Below are positions 8,880 to 18,602 of a stretch of DNA of 64,000 nt, piece by piece (within the stretch, counting starts at the first letter, position 1; every line of letters starts with the position of its first letter). This DNA comes from Colwellia polaris (GTDB taxonomy: Archaea; Nanohalarchaeota; Nanosalinia; Nanosalinales; Nanosalinaceae). The notes beneath the pieces were generated by a model. The model searched no databases, was not told the DNA's origin, and was given only the letters and a program-made list of their open reading frames with translations. The stretch lies in the NCBI GenBank assembly GCA_047617785.1, contig JBLGBK010000001.1, positions 32,001-96,000 on the forward strand, in the 5' to 3' direction. The position numbers were made by a program, and so were the translations under genes.

Positions 8880-11144
8880 CTACACCTGCTGTTCCAGCCA
8901 TTCTTCCCATCTAGCCATTATCCTTTCTGTTTCTTGACCGCCATACTCCTTCCTGACATCTTCAGCGATGGTATGATATTTCTGATTTGCTTTTACAACG
9001 AACTCTGCCTCCAGTAATTCATCATTACCGGTTTCGTCGGCTTTGTCCGCAATCTTCTGTTTCATGTCCTTCCGCAGTTGTATATTGTCCCAAACAGCCT
9101 CCCAGTTATTCTTCCACTCACGTATATTAGAAGCAATACGGTTCAGAATCAAAGATTCCCCATTTAGAAGTGTATCTGTCGGCACAAGTTCATCCTTGTT
9201 GCTGTCGTAACGCATAAGTTCGACAAAGGCATTTTCCTCTTCTGGATCATCCGTCCAAGATTTTCGAACCTCTGTAATCCCTGTTACGCGTCTATAAGTC
9301 TCCAGTCCATCTGGACTGCGGATCTTATTAACGGAGACGATGATATCTGTAGCCTTAAATGACGTCTTTGGCACACCAAGATCGTTAACAACACGGTCAA
9401 ATACAGAGTAAGCGTCTTCTCCGTGAATTGTTCCGCCGACAAAGTTTGCTACTGCTCCTACACGCATAGCCTCGTAAAGTGCTTGAGCCTCATCTGAACG
9501 CACTTCTCCAATAACAAGCGCAGAATCTCCTAAACGCAGCGAGGTACGAATTGCTTCATCAGCTCCTAGCTCGCTTTCATTCTGGGTAATTACCGACTGC
9601 GACTTCATACGTTCAACATTGTATCCCAAATCCTTCATCTGCGGTATAGGAAGCTCCAATGTATCCTCCACCGTGACTATTCTATGGTTCTTCATAATTT
9701 CAAGCATGGAAGCTGACAGTATAGATGTTTTTCCAGCTCCACGTGTTCCAGCAAATAGTACAGACCTGTTTCCGTCCACTATGAAAGACAAAAGCGCTGC
9801 TCCGAGAGAGTTTATCATACCGTTGTTGACAAAAAGCGGTAGCGTCCATGCTCGGGAGCGGTGTCGCCTGAAAGCAAACGCTAACCCCTCAGGCGAGAGA
9901 CTCTCCTGAATTACCGCTACTCGTGCTCGTCCTCCTTCAACCTCGGTCTCAGTATCCAGTACCGGGTTGGCTTCGTCAAGCGGCCGACCTGACTGTATTC
10001 GGAACCGGGTTGCCCACGACTCCGCCTCATCTCTCGTAGGTATCAGATTGGTTTTGCACTCTTCATAGTCCTGATGGCTGATATACATCGGCGAGTCGCC
10101 GATAGGCGAGTTGATGTATACATCCTGAACTTTTGGATCTGATAGAAGTAGCTCAAGAACTCCAAGCCCGGAAGTATAACGGTTTAGGATGCTTGTTAGC
10201 TGTTCAAGCTCGTCTCTATCCAATTGGATGTTCATCTGTGCCGCGATGTCTCGAAGCATATCCTTACCAATATTCTCGAATACATCACGCATACGATCCG
10301 GTTGTGCGAACTCTCCAGATTCAGGTTTGTGCGACGCCATATAGCGCCGTGCAGCATCCAGTAGCTTGTATTTCTCCTCTGAAAGGTTAAATTCCGGAGG
10401 ATCAATATGGTAAACCGGTCGTGTTTTACCCGGCACCCTGTAAACCGTGACTTCTACATCGTTGTGTGCTTCGTATCGGTCAATTTCTTCCCCTTTTTCC
10501 GGAGGCAGACTCATAAACTTCGTAAGCATAAAGTTTGGCCGGACTAGCGGATGGAAGAACTCTCTGTATACGTCTCTGTCGCCTATATGGAATCCTGTTA
10601 TGTAATCCTGTGCCTGATCTATTATCTGGCATTCTTCCAGTCTTTGTCTTATTGGATTTATAACATCCTGCACGAAGTATTTATTGCATCGCTTCTGTTG
10701 CGGATATCCATCTTCCATTTTCTGTTTCATATGGCGCTCTTTTCTCTTCAGTTTGACGTAGGCGCCTACTGGGTCTCTTCTTAACTGATCTAGAACTATT
10801 TTCTGTACTTCAGGCAGTTCGGATTGGTATAGTTCGCTGCATTTGTTTCTTTGTATGTCTTGTGAAAGATATCCTTGGTTTGCGATGTCTTCTATTGCTT
10901 TCGATATTTCTCTGAGCAGTTCTATCTGTTCTTCGGTGTATTCGTAGTCTCTAGATTCTGATAGTACTACTGATCTTGCTCCCGGCACTTCTTCCAGTAT
11001 ATCTACTACTCTACCCATTACTTCAGGATAGTCTTCTATTGAGGCGCCGTATACTGATCCGAGAGTGTTTACTTCTACTGTGCCGCTTTCTTCGTCATAT
11101 TCGTAGTCGAAGATGTCTTTGTCTGAAGGTGGCATACCAAGCAT
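8880..11144 (-). CDS. Type IV pilus/secretion ATPase (PilB/ArlI/TadA, VirB11 family)
   Basis: Walker A GTRGAGKT, Asp box VEDTLEL, Walker B VIGEVR, GTIHG. Confidence 0.95.
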   Translation of the reverse strand: MLGMPPSDKDIFDYEYDEESGTVEVNTLGSVYGASIEDYPEVMGRVVDILEEVPGARSVVLSESRDYEYTEEQIELLREISKAIEDIANQGYLSQDIQRNKCSELYQSELPEVQKIVLDQLRRDPVGAYVKLKRKERHMKQKMEDGYPQQKRCNKYFVQDVINPIRQRLEECQIIDQAQDYITGFHIGDRDVYREFFHPLVRPNFMLTKFMSLPPEKGEEIDRYEAHNDVEVTVYRVPGKTRPVYHIDPPEFNLSEEKYKLLDAARRYMASHKPESGEFAQPDRMRDVFENIGKDMLRDIAAQMNIQLDRDELEQLTSILNRYTSGLGVLELLLSDPKVQDVYINSPIGDSPMYISHQDYEECKTNLIPTRDEAESWATRFRIQSGRPLDEANPVLDTETEVEGGRARVAVIQESLSPEGLAFAFRRHRSRAWTLPLFVNNGMINSLGAALLSFIVDGNRSVLFAGTRGAGKTSILSASMLEIMKNHRIVTVEDTLELPIPQMKDLGYNVERMKSQSVITQNESELGADEAIRTSLRLGDSALVIGEVRSDEAQALYEAMRVGAVANFVGGTIHGEDAYSVFDRVVNDLGVPKTSFKATDIIVSVNKIRSPDGLETYRRVTGITEVRKSWTDDPEEENAFVELMRYDSNKDELVPTDTLLNGESLILNRIASNIREWKNNWEAVWDNIQLRKDMKQKIADKADETGNDELLEAEFVVKANQKYHTIAEDVRKEYGGQETERIMARWEEWLEQQV

Positions 11145-11177
11145 TATTATTCGGGGTTTGCTAAATTAAAAGATACG

Positions 11178-11588
11178 ATGCCCGATCAAAACTTGATCAA
11201 TCAGTTAGTCACTCGAGTGAATGATTTTAACCGGCGGATGAGAGATCTTGAGGAGAAAATTCGGAACCTCACTGCACGTGTCAATACTCTAGATGACACA
11301 ATCATGAATAAGACGAAGACATTAAACACCGACTTGCAGGAGTTTGAAGACGATCTAAGCGAGGTCAGAGACCGTATAGCGAACCTAGAGGTTGATGTAA
11401 AAGAGATTAACCGTGAAAAGAGGAAATTTGTCAGTAAACAGGAATTAGAAGAAATGGAGAACTACATGGATCTAATGAACCCTGTAAACTCGAATTTTAC
11501 AACTGAAAAGCAGGTCGAGCAGAAGATAGATGATAAAGCACTCAATAAAGATGAAGTTGAATCTTTAATTGAAAAGAAATTGAATTAA
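11178..11588 (+). CDS. Coiled-coil protein divergent from pilus ATPase
   Basis: Heptad-rich 136 aa ORF. Confidence 0.75.
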   Translation: MPDQNLINQLVTRVNDFNRRMRDLEEKIRNLTARVNTLDDTIMNKTKTLNTDLQEFEDDLSEVRDRIANLEVDVKEINREKRKFVSKQELEEMENYMDLMNPVNSNFTTEKQVEQKIDDKALNKDEVESLIEKKLN

Positions 11589-11647
11589 AAATGAATGATT
11601 TAATAACGGAAGAAACCAAAAATGTTTACCAGAGGTAGCCTTGATAT

Positions 11648-12529
11648 ATGAAGTTTGAACTATTTGGACGCCTAGGAGATAACAACGGCCAGCAAGATCA
11701 AGAGGAAGGCGGAAATAACGGTTTTAATGCCGGATTCGGAGAAGAAGATTTCCAGACCGGTGGAGACTTAGACCGTACAGTTCAAAACATGTTTGATCAA
11801 GGTTATTCTGAAGACGAGATAAAAAGCGAGTTACAGGGACAATATGCCGAAAACGAGATAACTCAGTCGATTAATCGAGTGGTTACCTCATCGGCCACAG
11901 GAAACAACAATAGTAATGATGGACCTGAACCAATGACACCATATCAAGGAGATGAAGGCGCAGTAAGTCCTATGGACGAAGGCTACAGTCAAGACAAAAA
12001 CGAAAATGGAGGCGGCAATGAAATGAATAACATTAACCAGAACACCCAAAATGATAATATGATGCAAGAACAACAAAACCCTCAGCAGCCGCAACAACCC
12101 ACACAGCAAAGCGGTAGGCAGGGCCAAGGTAACTATAATGCGTCAGGAAATGTTGATCCTGCTGTAGAGGAGTTAATTGAAACAATTATTGCTGAAAACT
12201 TCGAGAAAGTTGAGGCAGAATTCCATAACGTCTACGATGAGCTTGACACGTTTGCAGAAGAGATTGAGGATTTAAAGCAACGTGTTCACGATCTTGAGGT
12301 TCGTGATGACGAAGATCAACAGCAGTTTGTACAGAAAATTGACGAAGTTGAAGAACATATCGATGAATATGAGTCCCGTATCGGCGGGCTGGAAAAAGCT
12401 TTCCAGCAAGTCCTACCGTCGCTAGTCGACAATGTCAGAGAGCTTACTGATCTTGTACAAGAACTGAAAGATGAAGGAGAAGTAAGTGAAGGCGACTTTG
12501 AAGATATGGACGTAGAAGATCTCCAGTAA
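11648..12529 (+). CDS. Acidic protein with N/Q-rich linker and C-terminal coiled coil
   Basis: 293 aa; GAGGT RBS; T-rich tract after stop. Confidence 0.75.
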   Translation: MKFELFGRLGDNNGQQDQEEGGNNGFNAGFGEEDFQTGGDLDRTVQNMFDQGYSEDEIKSELQGQYAENEITQSINRVVTSSATGNNNSNDGPEPMTPYQGDEGAVSPMDEGYSQDKNENGGGNEMNNINQNTQNDNMMQEQQNPQQPQQPTQQSGRQGQGNYNASGNVDPAVEELIETIIAENFEKVEAEFHNVYDELDTFAEEIEDLKQRVHDLEVRDDEDQQQFVQKIDEVEEHIDEYESRIGGLEKAFQQVLPSLVDNVRELTDLVQELKDEGEVSEGDFEDMDVEDLQ

Positions 12530-12598
12530 AAACCCTCTACTCCAACTACTTCTTTCTGGATTTTATATTTTCTTAGCTAATTCTTTTACAGAAAAACT

Positions 12599-13117
12599 CT
12601 ATTCTTCTGAAGAAGATCTAGCTGTCAAAGCAACTACGCCTAGTATCAAACCGAGTACAAGAATAGGCATGACGAACTCTTCAAAGAATCGTTCCCAGTT
12701 CTCTATCTGAGGGATAAACTGGGATAGATCAAAGAAAGAGGCTATAATACTTAGAAGCGCTACTGAAAATATACCAGCTCCAAGAAGGAGCGGCATAGAT
12801 CTATCATTCTCCTGCAGCTTTTCAAGGTCGTAACCCGCAACTCCTAATACAATCATTAGCCCTATTACTGCAAAAATAGCAAAAGTTGTAGCTGCGACAA
12901 CATTAGTAAGCAGCCCTGCCGGTATGAAAAGATATGCGCCTCCTCCCGCCATAAAGGCTATTGCCAAGGATATAGAACCATTAACAAATTCGTCTTCGCT
13001 AATAAAATGGTATTTCTCAAGTACACCATAGCTCACAGCTAGAACAAGCAGCCATGGGAAGAAAAAGCGGAAAACCTGCATCTCTACCATCGACTGAATA
13101 ATCGATTCGAATGCCAT
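12599..13117 (-). CDS. Multi-pass membrane protein, paralog family member 1
   Basis: Start MAFESII; FFPWLLVLAVSYGVLEK..NGSISLAIAF. Confidence 0.75.
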   Translation of the reverse strand: MAFESIIQSMVEMQVFRFFFPWLLVLAVSYGVLEKYHFISEDEFVNGSISLAIAFMAGGGAYLFIPAGLLTNVVAATTFAIFAVIGLMIVLGVAGYDLEKLQENDRSMPLLLGAGIFSVALLSIIASFFDLSQFIPQIENWERFFEEFVMPILVLGLILGVVALTARSSSEE

Positions 13118-13118
13118 T

Positions 13119-13718
13119 TCACTCCCCTCCAACAGGTTGGAATAAATCGCTGAGTTTAGGTCCGCTACCTTCACCTGGATCACTTAATGTCCAGTATATT
13201 ATACCTGCTACAACTAGTATCCAGATCAAGCCAGAGTCAACCACGTAGGATATCATCTGTTGAATAGCCTGATTGTTTATGTTATCAGGTATAAACAGCT
13301 GTCCTCCTCCAGTTATGAAGAATGCTAGTATAACGATACCTGTTAATATTATGCCGTAAATTCCTTTGCCAGGATCATCTTTAGTTCCTACATCTAGACC
13401 TATAAATGCTAGTACTACAAGCAGACCGAGCAATCCTACAACAGTCAAAGCTATTGTGCCAAGATATTCAACAAAGAATTGCTGGTAAACAGGATTACTA
13501 ACTAGGAATTGCGCTACGAAGAACGCAAACACTACTGATAGTATAGCTGCGAAACGGTTATCATCTTCGTTTTCCTTGAAAAGAGGTATTCTCTTCAAGG
13601 TAAGAAAGAATAAAACATAGGTTACCACGAACGGCAGGAGACCTGAGAAGAATCCTTGTTCGCCCATTATTTGTAGAAGGTTGTTGAAGCCTCCTGTTGC
13701 CGCTTCGTGGCTGCTCAC
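13119..13718 (-). CDS. Multi-pass membrane protein, paralog family member 2
   Basis: LLPFVVTYVLFFLTLKR..NRFAAILSVVFAF. Confidence 0.75.
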   Translation of the reverse strand: MSSHEAATGGFNNLLQIMGEQGFFSGLLPFVVTYVLFFLTLKRIPLFKENEDDNRFAAILSVVFAFFVAQFLVSNPVYQQFFVEYLGTIALTVVGLLGLLVVLAFIGLDVGTKDDPGKGIYGIILTGIVILAFFITGGGQLFIPDNINNQAIQQMISYVVDSGLIWILVVAGIIYWTLSDPGEGSGPKLSDLFQPVGGE

Positions 13719-13723
13719 TTTAC

Positions 13724-13981
13724 TTATTCACCTTGCTGTTCTAGGTAGTGGCTTACTTTTCTGTTCATGAGCCATAGTTCTCTACCGATTATCATCAGTG
13801 CAAGCATTGTAATCCATGGCTGGATATCTCGTCCGAATGATACCAGTGTGTCTGCCTGTGATGAGTAGAGTGCAGTCCATAGTGCTGTTGCTATTGCACC
13901 TACTGACAGAATCACGATTACAAATTCGTCTAGTACATTTTCTACATTGTATAGGTAGTTTCGGAATCTTTCTAGATTCAT
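13724..13981 (-). CDS. Small 2-TM membrane protein
   Basis: 85 aa, two hydrophobic segments, tight operon spacing. Confidence 0.7.
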   Translation of the reverse strand: MNLERFRNYLYNVENVLDEFVIVILSVGAIATALWTALYSSQADTLVSFGRDIQPWITMLALMIIGRELWLMNRKVSHYLEQQGE

Positions 13982-13982
13982 T

Positions 13983-14120
13983 TTAGAAGCCTCCTCCCAT
14001 TCCCATGCTGTTCTTACGCATATTCATAACTTTTGCAATTACGAAACCGGCTGCCACTCCGATTAGAAGTACATCAGGATTGGCCATTGCGCCGCTCATT
14101 ATTTGTTCCATTAGTGCCAT
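13983..14120 (-). CDS. Small single-TM peptide, 45 aa (not in ORF track)
   Basis: Manual translation MALMEQIMSGAMANPDVLLIGVAAGFVIAKVMNMRKNSMGMGGGF; GAGGA RBS; stop 1 nt from next start. Confidence 0.7.
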   Translation of the reverse strand: MALMEQIMSGAMANPDVLLIGVAAGFVIAKVMNMRKNSMGMGGGF

Positions 14121-14171
14121 GGTTTTTCTTTTCCTCTAGTAATGCTGTTTATGTGCTCCTTGTTTAAATAA

Positions 14172-15215
14172 TTAAACCGGGGCTGCCTTTTGATTCATAG
14201 AACCCTCCATACCCGTAGAAGGCTTTTTCCCGGATTTGTTGGTCTGGGTAACTTCTAGATGAGAAGCATAGTCTTGATCGAGAGAATCATATTCAAAATT
14301 GTCTTTTGTTCTATAATGTATGTAATCGGCTATCTCTTCATTTATATCGATCTCAGTTGAATACTCTTCGTTTATTGCTGTACCCATATCCGAATTGACT
14401 TCTAATCCAACTATTTCCCCCTCGGAAGTCTTCATATAGTCAAATGCTGCTACTTCTAGTCCTTCCGTTGCATCTAGTGCGGCATCTATTTCGTAGTCAA
14501 ATATTTCCCCTGAATCTGTGTAATTTCCTCCGTTTGAGAGGTTATTCGCAAATCCTGCACCATTCTCTCTAGCTGCTATTTCTAGGACAGTTGCATCTTC
14601 TCCATCTCCTAGAACTATTGCCCTACAGTCCTTTACATCTTCATGGTCTATTGCCTCTTCTAATCTATAACTATCATTTTCTAGCTCTTCAATATAGGAT
14701 TCAAGATTGCTTTCTTCCTGAAGTTTTCTAACACCATTGCCACAGCAGTTACGAGAGGGCTTGGCAACTACCGCATTTTCTTCAATTATTTCGAATGCCT
14801 CTTCATCATTAAACTCTTGTGTCATTCGAACATTTTCATATTCCGAGAATTGTTGTTCTAAGTAGTCTGCAGTTCTGTTTTTGTCTTTATGATACCAAGA
14901 AACGTATGGATCTTGGATAAATCCTGTTTCCGTCTCATTTTCAATTCTCTTGAGATCTGCTACAGTTTTCTTTTGTTCTTCTTCATTCATGCCTGCAGTG
15001 AACATTTTATGCCTGTAGAAGACGGATTGGTCTTGCAGTTTATCAATTTCACCTGCAGATAGATCGGTTACTTTGAAGCCATCCTTATCTAGCTGGTTAA
15101 TTGTCTTTCTTCTTGTCGGCGTGTCTACCTGTCCAGCGTATAAAATGTCGGCATCTTCGGTATCGGTAGAAGACAGTATTCTATCAGACTTGCTTTGGAA
15201 CAACCAGCCAAACAT
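14172..15215 (-). CDS. RimK/LysX-like ATP-grasp peptide ligase
   Basis: KDK, VVAKP...GNGV, D.R..VLG, NNLSNGG, AFD...GLEVN ATP-grasp motifs. Confidence 0.75.
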   Translation of the reverse strand: MFGWLFQSKSDRILSSTDTEDADILYAGQVDTPTRRKTINQLDKDGFKVTDLSAGEIDKLQDQSVFYRHKMFTAGMNEEEQKKTVADLKRIENETETGFIQDPYVSWYHKDKNRTADYLEQQFSEYENVRMTQEFNDEEAFEIIEENAVVAKPSRNCCGNGVRKLQEESNLESYIEELENDSYRLEEAIDHEDVKDCRAIVLGDGEDATVLEIAARENGAGFANNLSNGGNYTDSGEIFDYEIDAALDATEGLEVAAFDYMKTSEGEIVGLEVNSDMGTAINEEYSTEIDINEEIADYIHYRTKDNFEYDSLDQDYASHLEVTQTNKSGKKPSTGMEGSMNQKAAPV

Positions 15216-15247
15216 AATTAGTTATTCGACAGTAAAAATTAAGTTGA

Positions 15248-16816
15248 TTATGAACCAAGAACTTCATCAACAGCATCAATCCCCTCATCTAATTTTTTCA
15301 GAATCTCTTCATCATCCTCAATCTTATGCTCTTCGGTCATTAACATGCCTTTAAGAATATTTACAGTATCATCTTTCACCGAATCAATACTATCTCGCAA
15401 ATTAGCTGAAGTAGTCAAGCCACCTACCTCGCTTGCAACCTCACTGCATATATCATCTATAAGATCGTCAACACTATCAGAGTTATTCTGAAGCATATCC
15501 ACCATATTTTGTATATCGCTAGGGTTCTCTATTGCCAACTCATGCTTAACTCTTCTCTTAGCTTCTTCCAAATTGTCCTTTATATCTTGTAGCTCGGATT
15601 TATCCTTCTGTAGGTGATTTTCCAAGTACTCTATGTGCTTATTCATAGTTCTGTGATGATCGAATAATTTACGATCCTCCACTTCCCTAGCAGCCTCTTT
15701 TATAACTTTTTCTTTGTCTTCTGCCTCCTCAACCTCTTTTAAAAGCTTCTTTAAGGCTTTTACAGACCTAACAATCTCTTTAGTATCAGCTATAAGACTA
15801 TTGAGCTCATCATCAAGCACAGCAACATCATGCTCATCCTTAGACTGTATTCTATCAGCAGCCGATCTTATTTCAGTTATATCGTGTAAAGCAGCTTTTA
15901 AACCGAAATTTTTGTACTTATCAGGTAAGTCTTTGCTTCCTAAGTCGGAGTTGCTATTCTGAAATAGATTCTGTCCATTAATCACATCGCCCTCAGTATA
16001 ACCAGAGCCCGTATTCGCTTTGTTGTAAAGTAGTTCTAGAGCATTTCGAAAGTTATTGATTCTTGCACCAACCTGTCTGTAACTGGCTGAACTGCCTCGC
16101 CCCGGATTATTTACCGCGTCTATAATAGCATTGATATCTGAATTAATATCTTGCTCAGACTGATGAATTGCCGGTTCGATATGACTGTAAGCACTTTCAA
16201 TATCGTCTACTGCCTCCTCCAAGTCTACTGCGTTTTTAGAGGCGTTACCCCCGTTACCGTTCCCGCCACCTCCTATATTATTTAGCTCTTGTCTTGCATC
16301 CTTTATCTCCTGTAGGCCCTGATTCAATGCTTTACCCGTCTTCCCAGTTGTCCAAGCCACTCCTGCTGCACCCCCTCCGAGAACAGAAATAAGAAGTGCT
16401 ATCACCCCAAAAACCAGGGCTACTACAAGAATCTGTTGGATATCCCAGATCAGTCCTAAAGGCTCTATCCAGTGGCCGGCCCCCATCATAGATATTATTA
16501 GGAGCAGTGATAGGACCGCAAGCAAGTTTCTTTTATTTTCAGCTTGACCTATGCCTCCAGATTCTAGATTGAACAGTTGTTGAAGATCAAACTTGACTAC
16601 TAGCTTCTTTAGAATCATGTAAACTGATACCCACAGAAGACCAAAAGTAGCTGCTATGCCGATATTATGCATTAAACTACCTGACTTAAGACCTACAAAA
16701 GAAATAATACCCTCAAATGAAGATAATGAAGTCTCTTGACCATGTGAAGCAGCGGTAAAAGACACCAAAAAATATGTCAGACCCGCAATTAAGGCAGATT
16801 TTAGTTTAGTTCTCAT
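15248..16816 (-). CDS. Membrane protein (family member 3) with long helical C-terminal domain
   Basis: Start MRTKLK; signal ending AASHG, TM core, Gly-rich hinge, ~350 aa coiled coil. Confidence 0.75.
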   Translation of the reverse strand: MRTKLKSALIAGLTYFLVSFTAASHGQETSLSSFEGIISFVGLKSGSLMHNIGIAATFGLLWVSVYMILKKLVVKFDLQQLFNLESGGIGQAENKRNLLAVLSLLLIISMMGAGHWIEPLGLIWDIQQILVVALVFGVIALLISVLGGGAAGVAWTTGKTGKALNQGLQEIKDARQELNNIGGGGNGNGGNASKNAVDLEEAVDDIESAYSHIEPAIHQSEQDINSDINAIIDAVNNPGRGSSASYRQVGARINNFRNALELLYNKANTGSGYTEGDVINGQNLFQNSNSDLGSKDLPDKYKNFGLKAALHDITEIRSAADRIQSKDEHDVAVLDDELNSLIADTKEIVRSVKALKKLLKEVEEAEDKEKVIKEAAREVEDRKLFDHHRTMNKHIEYLENHLQKDKSELQDIKDNLEEAKRRVKHELAIENPSDIQNMVDMLQNNSDSVDDLIDDICSEVASEVGGLTTSANLRDSIDSVKDDTVNILKGMLMTEEHKIEDDEEILKKLDEGIDAVDEVLGS

Positions 16817-16826
16817 AAATCTATCT

Positions 16827-17819
16827 TCAATTATTTTGTGCTGATTGAGATACCTTTTGCCACATTTCAGATAATTTGTTAATAGCCTCTTGCTCGCCCT
16901 GCTCTTCAAGAGTCTTAAACTTGATCATTTTCTCTAGTTGTTGATTTATAGATTTCATACCTTCTTCTAAAGTTTCTAACTCACCTACAATCTCTTCAGC
17001 TTCCTGGGATCGGTCAGTCTTACTTGCTCTTCCAGGTCCATCTGTTGATGTCTGTACACGTTCTTTTACAAGAGGTTCAAGCCGCTGTTTTATCTCTTTG
17101 AAAAGTTTCTTATCTTCAGTAAGATCTTCCTTCAGCTCTTGTATTTCCTCTTTATTCAACTGTGCTTCGTCATTTATAGCCGAGTCTACCTCTTGGAGTT
17201 CCTGAGCAAGTCTTTGCGCCTTATTGTCCATATTGCTGTAGTGCTCTTCTGCAGTACTCTCAGCACCATCTGCTTCTCTAAGTAGTCCAAGAACATCATC
17301 ATAACCTTCTTGCTGGGCTATAGTTCTCAGACCCTCCTCGATATTCCTTATCTTGTGAAGCTGATTCCTAAGTTGTGCCATAGACTGAAAAGTAGCATTA
17401 AGTTCAATTACGTCTTCAATAGCCTCCTCTACTTCAATCTCAACATCATACTGCTCCTCTTGAAAATTATCTTGAAAATCACTAAGAGCATTTGCAGCAT
17501 CACGTACTCTTTCAAGTTGGTCATGGAGATAGTTGAGGAGCTCATCTTGAGATCTGGATTGCGATTCTTTCTTTATGTCTTTGTTTATCGCTACAAAATC
17601 CTTATGTATCTCTTTAAGATCTCTTAACTCTTTATTTTCATCCTGCATAACTTGCTTGGCTGCTTGTTTTATTTCTTCAAGCCGTTCGATATCTTCTGTT
17701 ATCTCTTTTTCAATAAATTCTTCCATTTCTATATCTTTTTCCAAAGCTTGTTCTAATGATTCTGCCGCCTCATAAAGCTGCTGATGGATTTTCTCTCTAT
17801 TGGGATTATCTTCTGACAT
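16827..17819 (-). CDS. Acidic all-helical coiled-coil protein
   Basis: Start MSEDNPN; no TM; E/Q/K/L heptads. Confidence 0.75.
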   Translation of the reverse strand: MSEDNPNREKIHQQLYEAAESLEQALEKDIEMEEFIEKEITEDIERLEEIKQAAKQVMQDENKELRDLKEIHKDFVAINKDIKKESQSRSQDELLNYLHDQLERVRDAANALSDFQDNFQEEQYDVEIEVEEAIEDVIELNATFQSMAQLRNQLHKIRNIEEGLRTIAQQEGYDDVLGLLREADGAESTAEEHYSNMDNKAQRLAQELQEVDSAINDEAQLNKEEIQELKEDLTEDKKLFKEIKQRLEPLVKERVQTSTDGPGRASKTDRSQEAEEIVGELETLEEGMKSINQQLEKMIKFKTLEEQGEQEAINKLSEMWQKVSQSAQNN

Positions 17820-17827
17820 TATAACAC

Positions 17828-18565
17828 CTAAAGACTGTTTGAACAACCACTGCCATTACACGTTTTAGCACTCTGTGGATTTAATTTATAACAATTTGAA
17901 CACACTTTAAAGCCTAAGCTATTAGCTGCGCTCGCATATTTATTGCCTGCTTGATTTACATATTTATTGGCACCAAAAACGCTTTTTGCACTACTAGCAT
18001 ATTTTTTAGCTCCGTTGACTCCACGCTTAGCAGCACTAGATACTCCTGCTTTGTCTAGACCATCTTTAGCTTTTCCTCCGCCCCATGCAAGAGCCTTTCC
18101 GGAGGCACCCACGGAGGCTAAAACTCCTGCGCTACCGCCTCCGACGACAGCTATAACAAGTGCAACTATTCCAAACACTAGTGCTAGTAAGAGAACCTGT
18201 TGAATAGTCAGTAGGACGTTGAAGTATGTATGTGCGCCCGTCATCATGACTATCACAATTAAGAGAGATAGTATTGCCCCAAGGTTTCTACTACTTCCTC
18301 CACTGCTTCCTATTGTGCTGCTACTTCCGCCCATGTTGAACAGGCTTTGCAAGCCAAACTTGTTTACCAGCTTCTTTATAATTAGATAAACTGCGAACCA
18401 CATCAGACCGAAAGCTGAGGCAGACGCTACTAGTTGACGCCAATTTTCAGTAGGGAGCGGTATCTGTGTGAGAAGACCGAATAGACCTCCTGATTCGCCA
18501 TGAGATGCAGTTGCTATAGAAGTGAAGGAGATAAGAAGAGAGGTTAAAATGGTTTTTTTGTTCAT
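17828..18565 (-). CDS. Membrane protein (family member 4) with C-terminal zinc ribbon
   Basis: Signal ending ATASHG; clear similarity to 15248-16816 N-terminus; CSNC...C....C tail. Confidence 0.75.
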   Translation of the reverse strand: MNKKTILTSLLISFTSIATASHGESGGLFGLLTQIPLPTENWRQLVASASAFGLMWFAVYLIIKKLVNKFGLQSLFNMGGSSSTIGSSGGSSRNLGAILSLLIVIVMMTGAHTYFNVLLTIQQVLLLALVFGIVALVIAVVGGGSAGVLASVGASGKALAWGGGKAKDGLDKAGVSSAAKRGVNGAKKYASSAKSVFGANKYVNQAGNKYASAANSLGFKVCSNCYKLNPQSAKTCNGSGCSNSL

Positions 18566-18602
18566 GCAGTAGTTAATCAGCTCCTTCTTTAAATTAATTT
18601 AC

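Noticed and set aside
383-11144. Archaellum operon
   Set aside because: No recognisable archaellin (ArlB), ArlH, ArlF/G or chemotaxis genes; better described as a pilus
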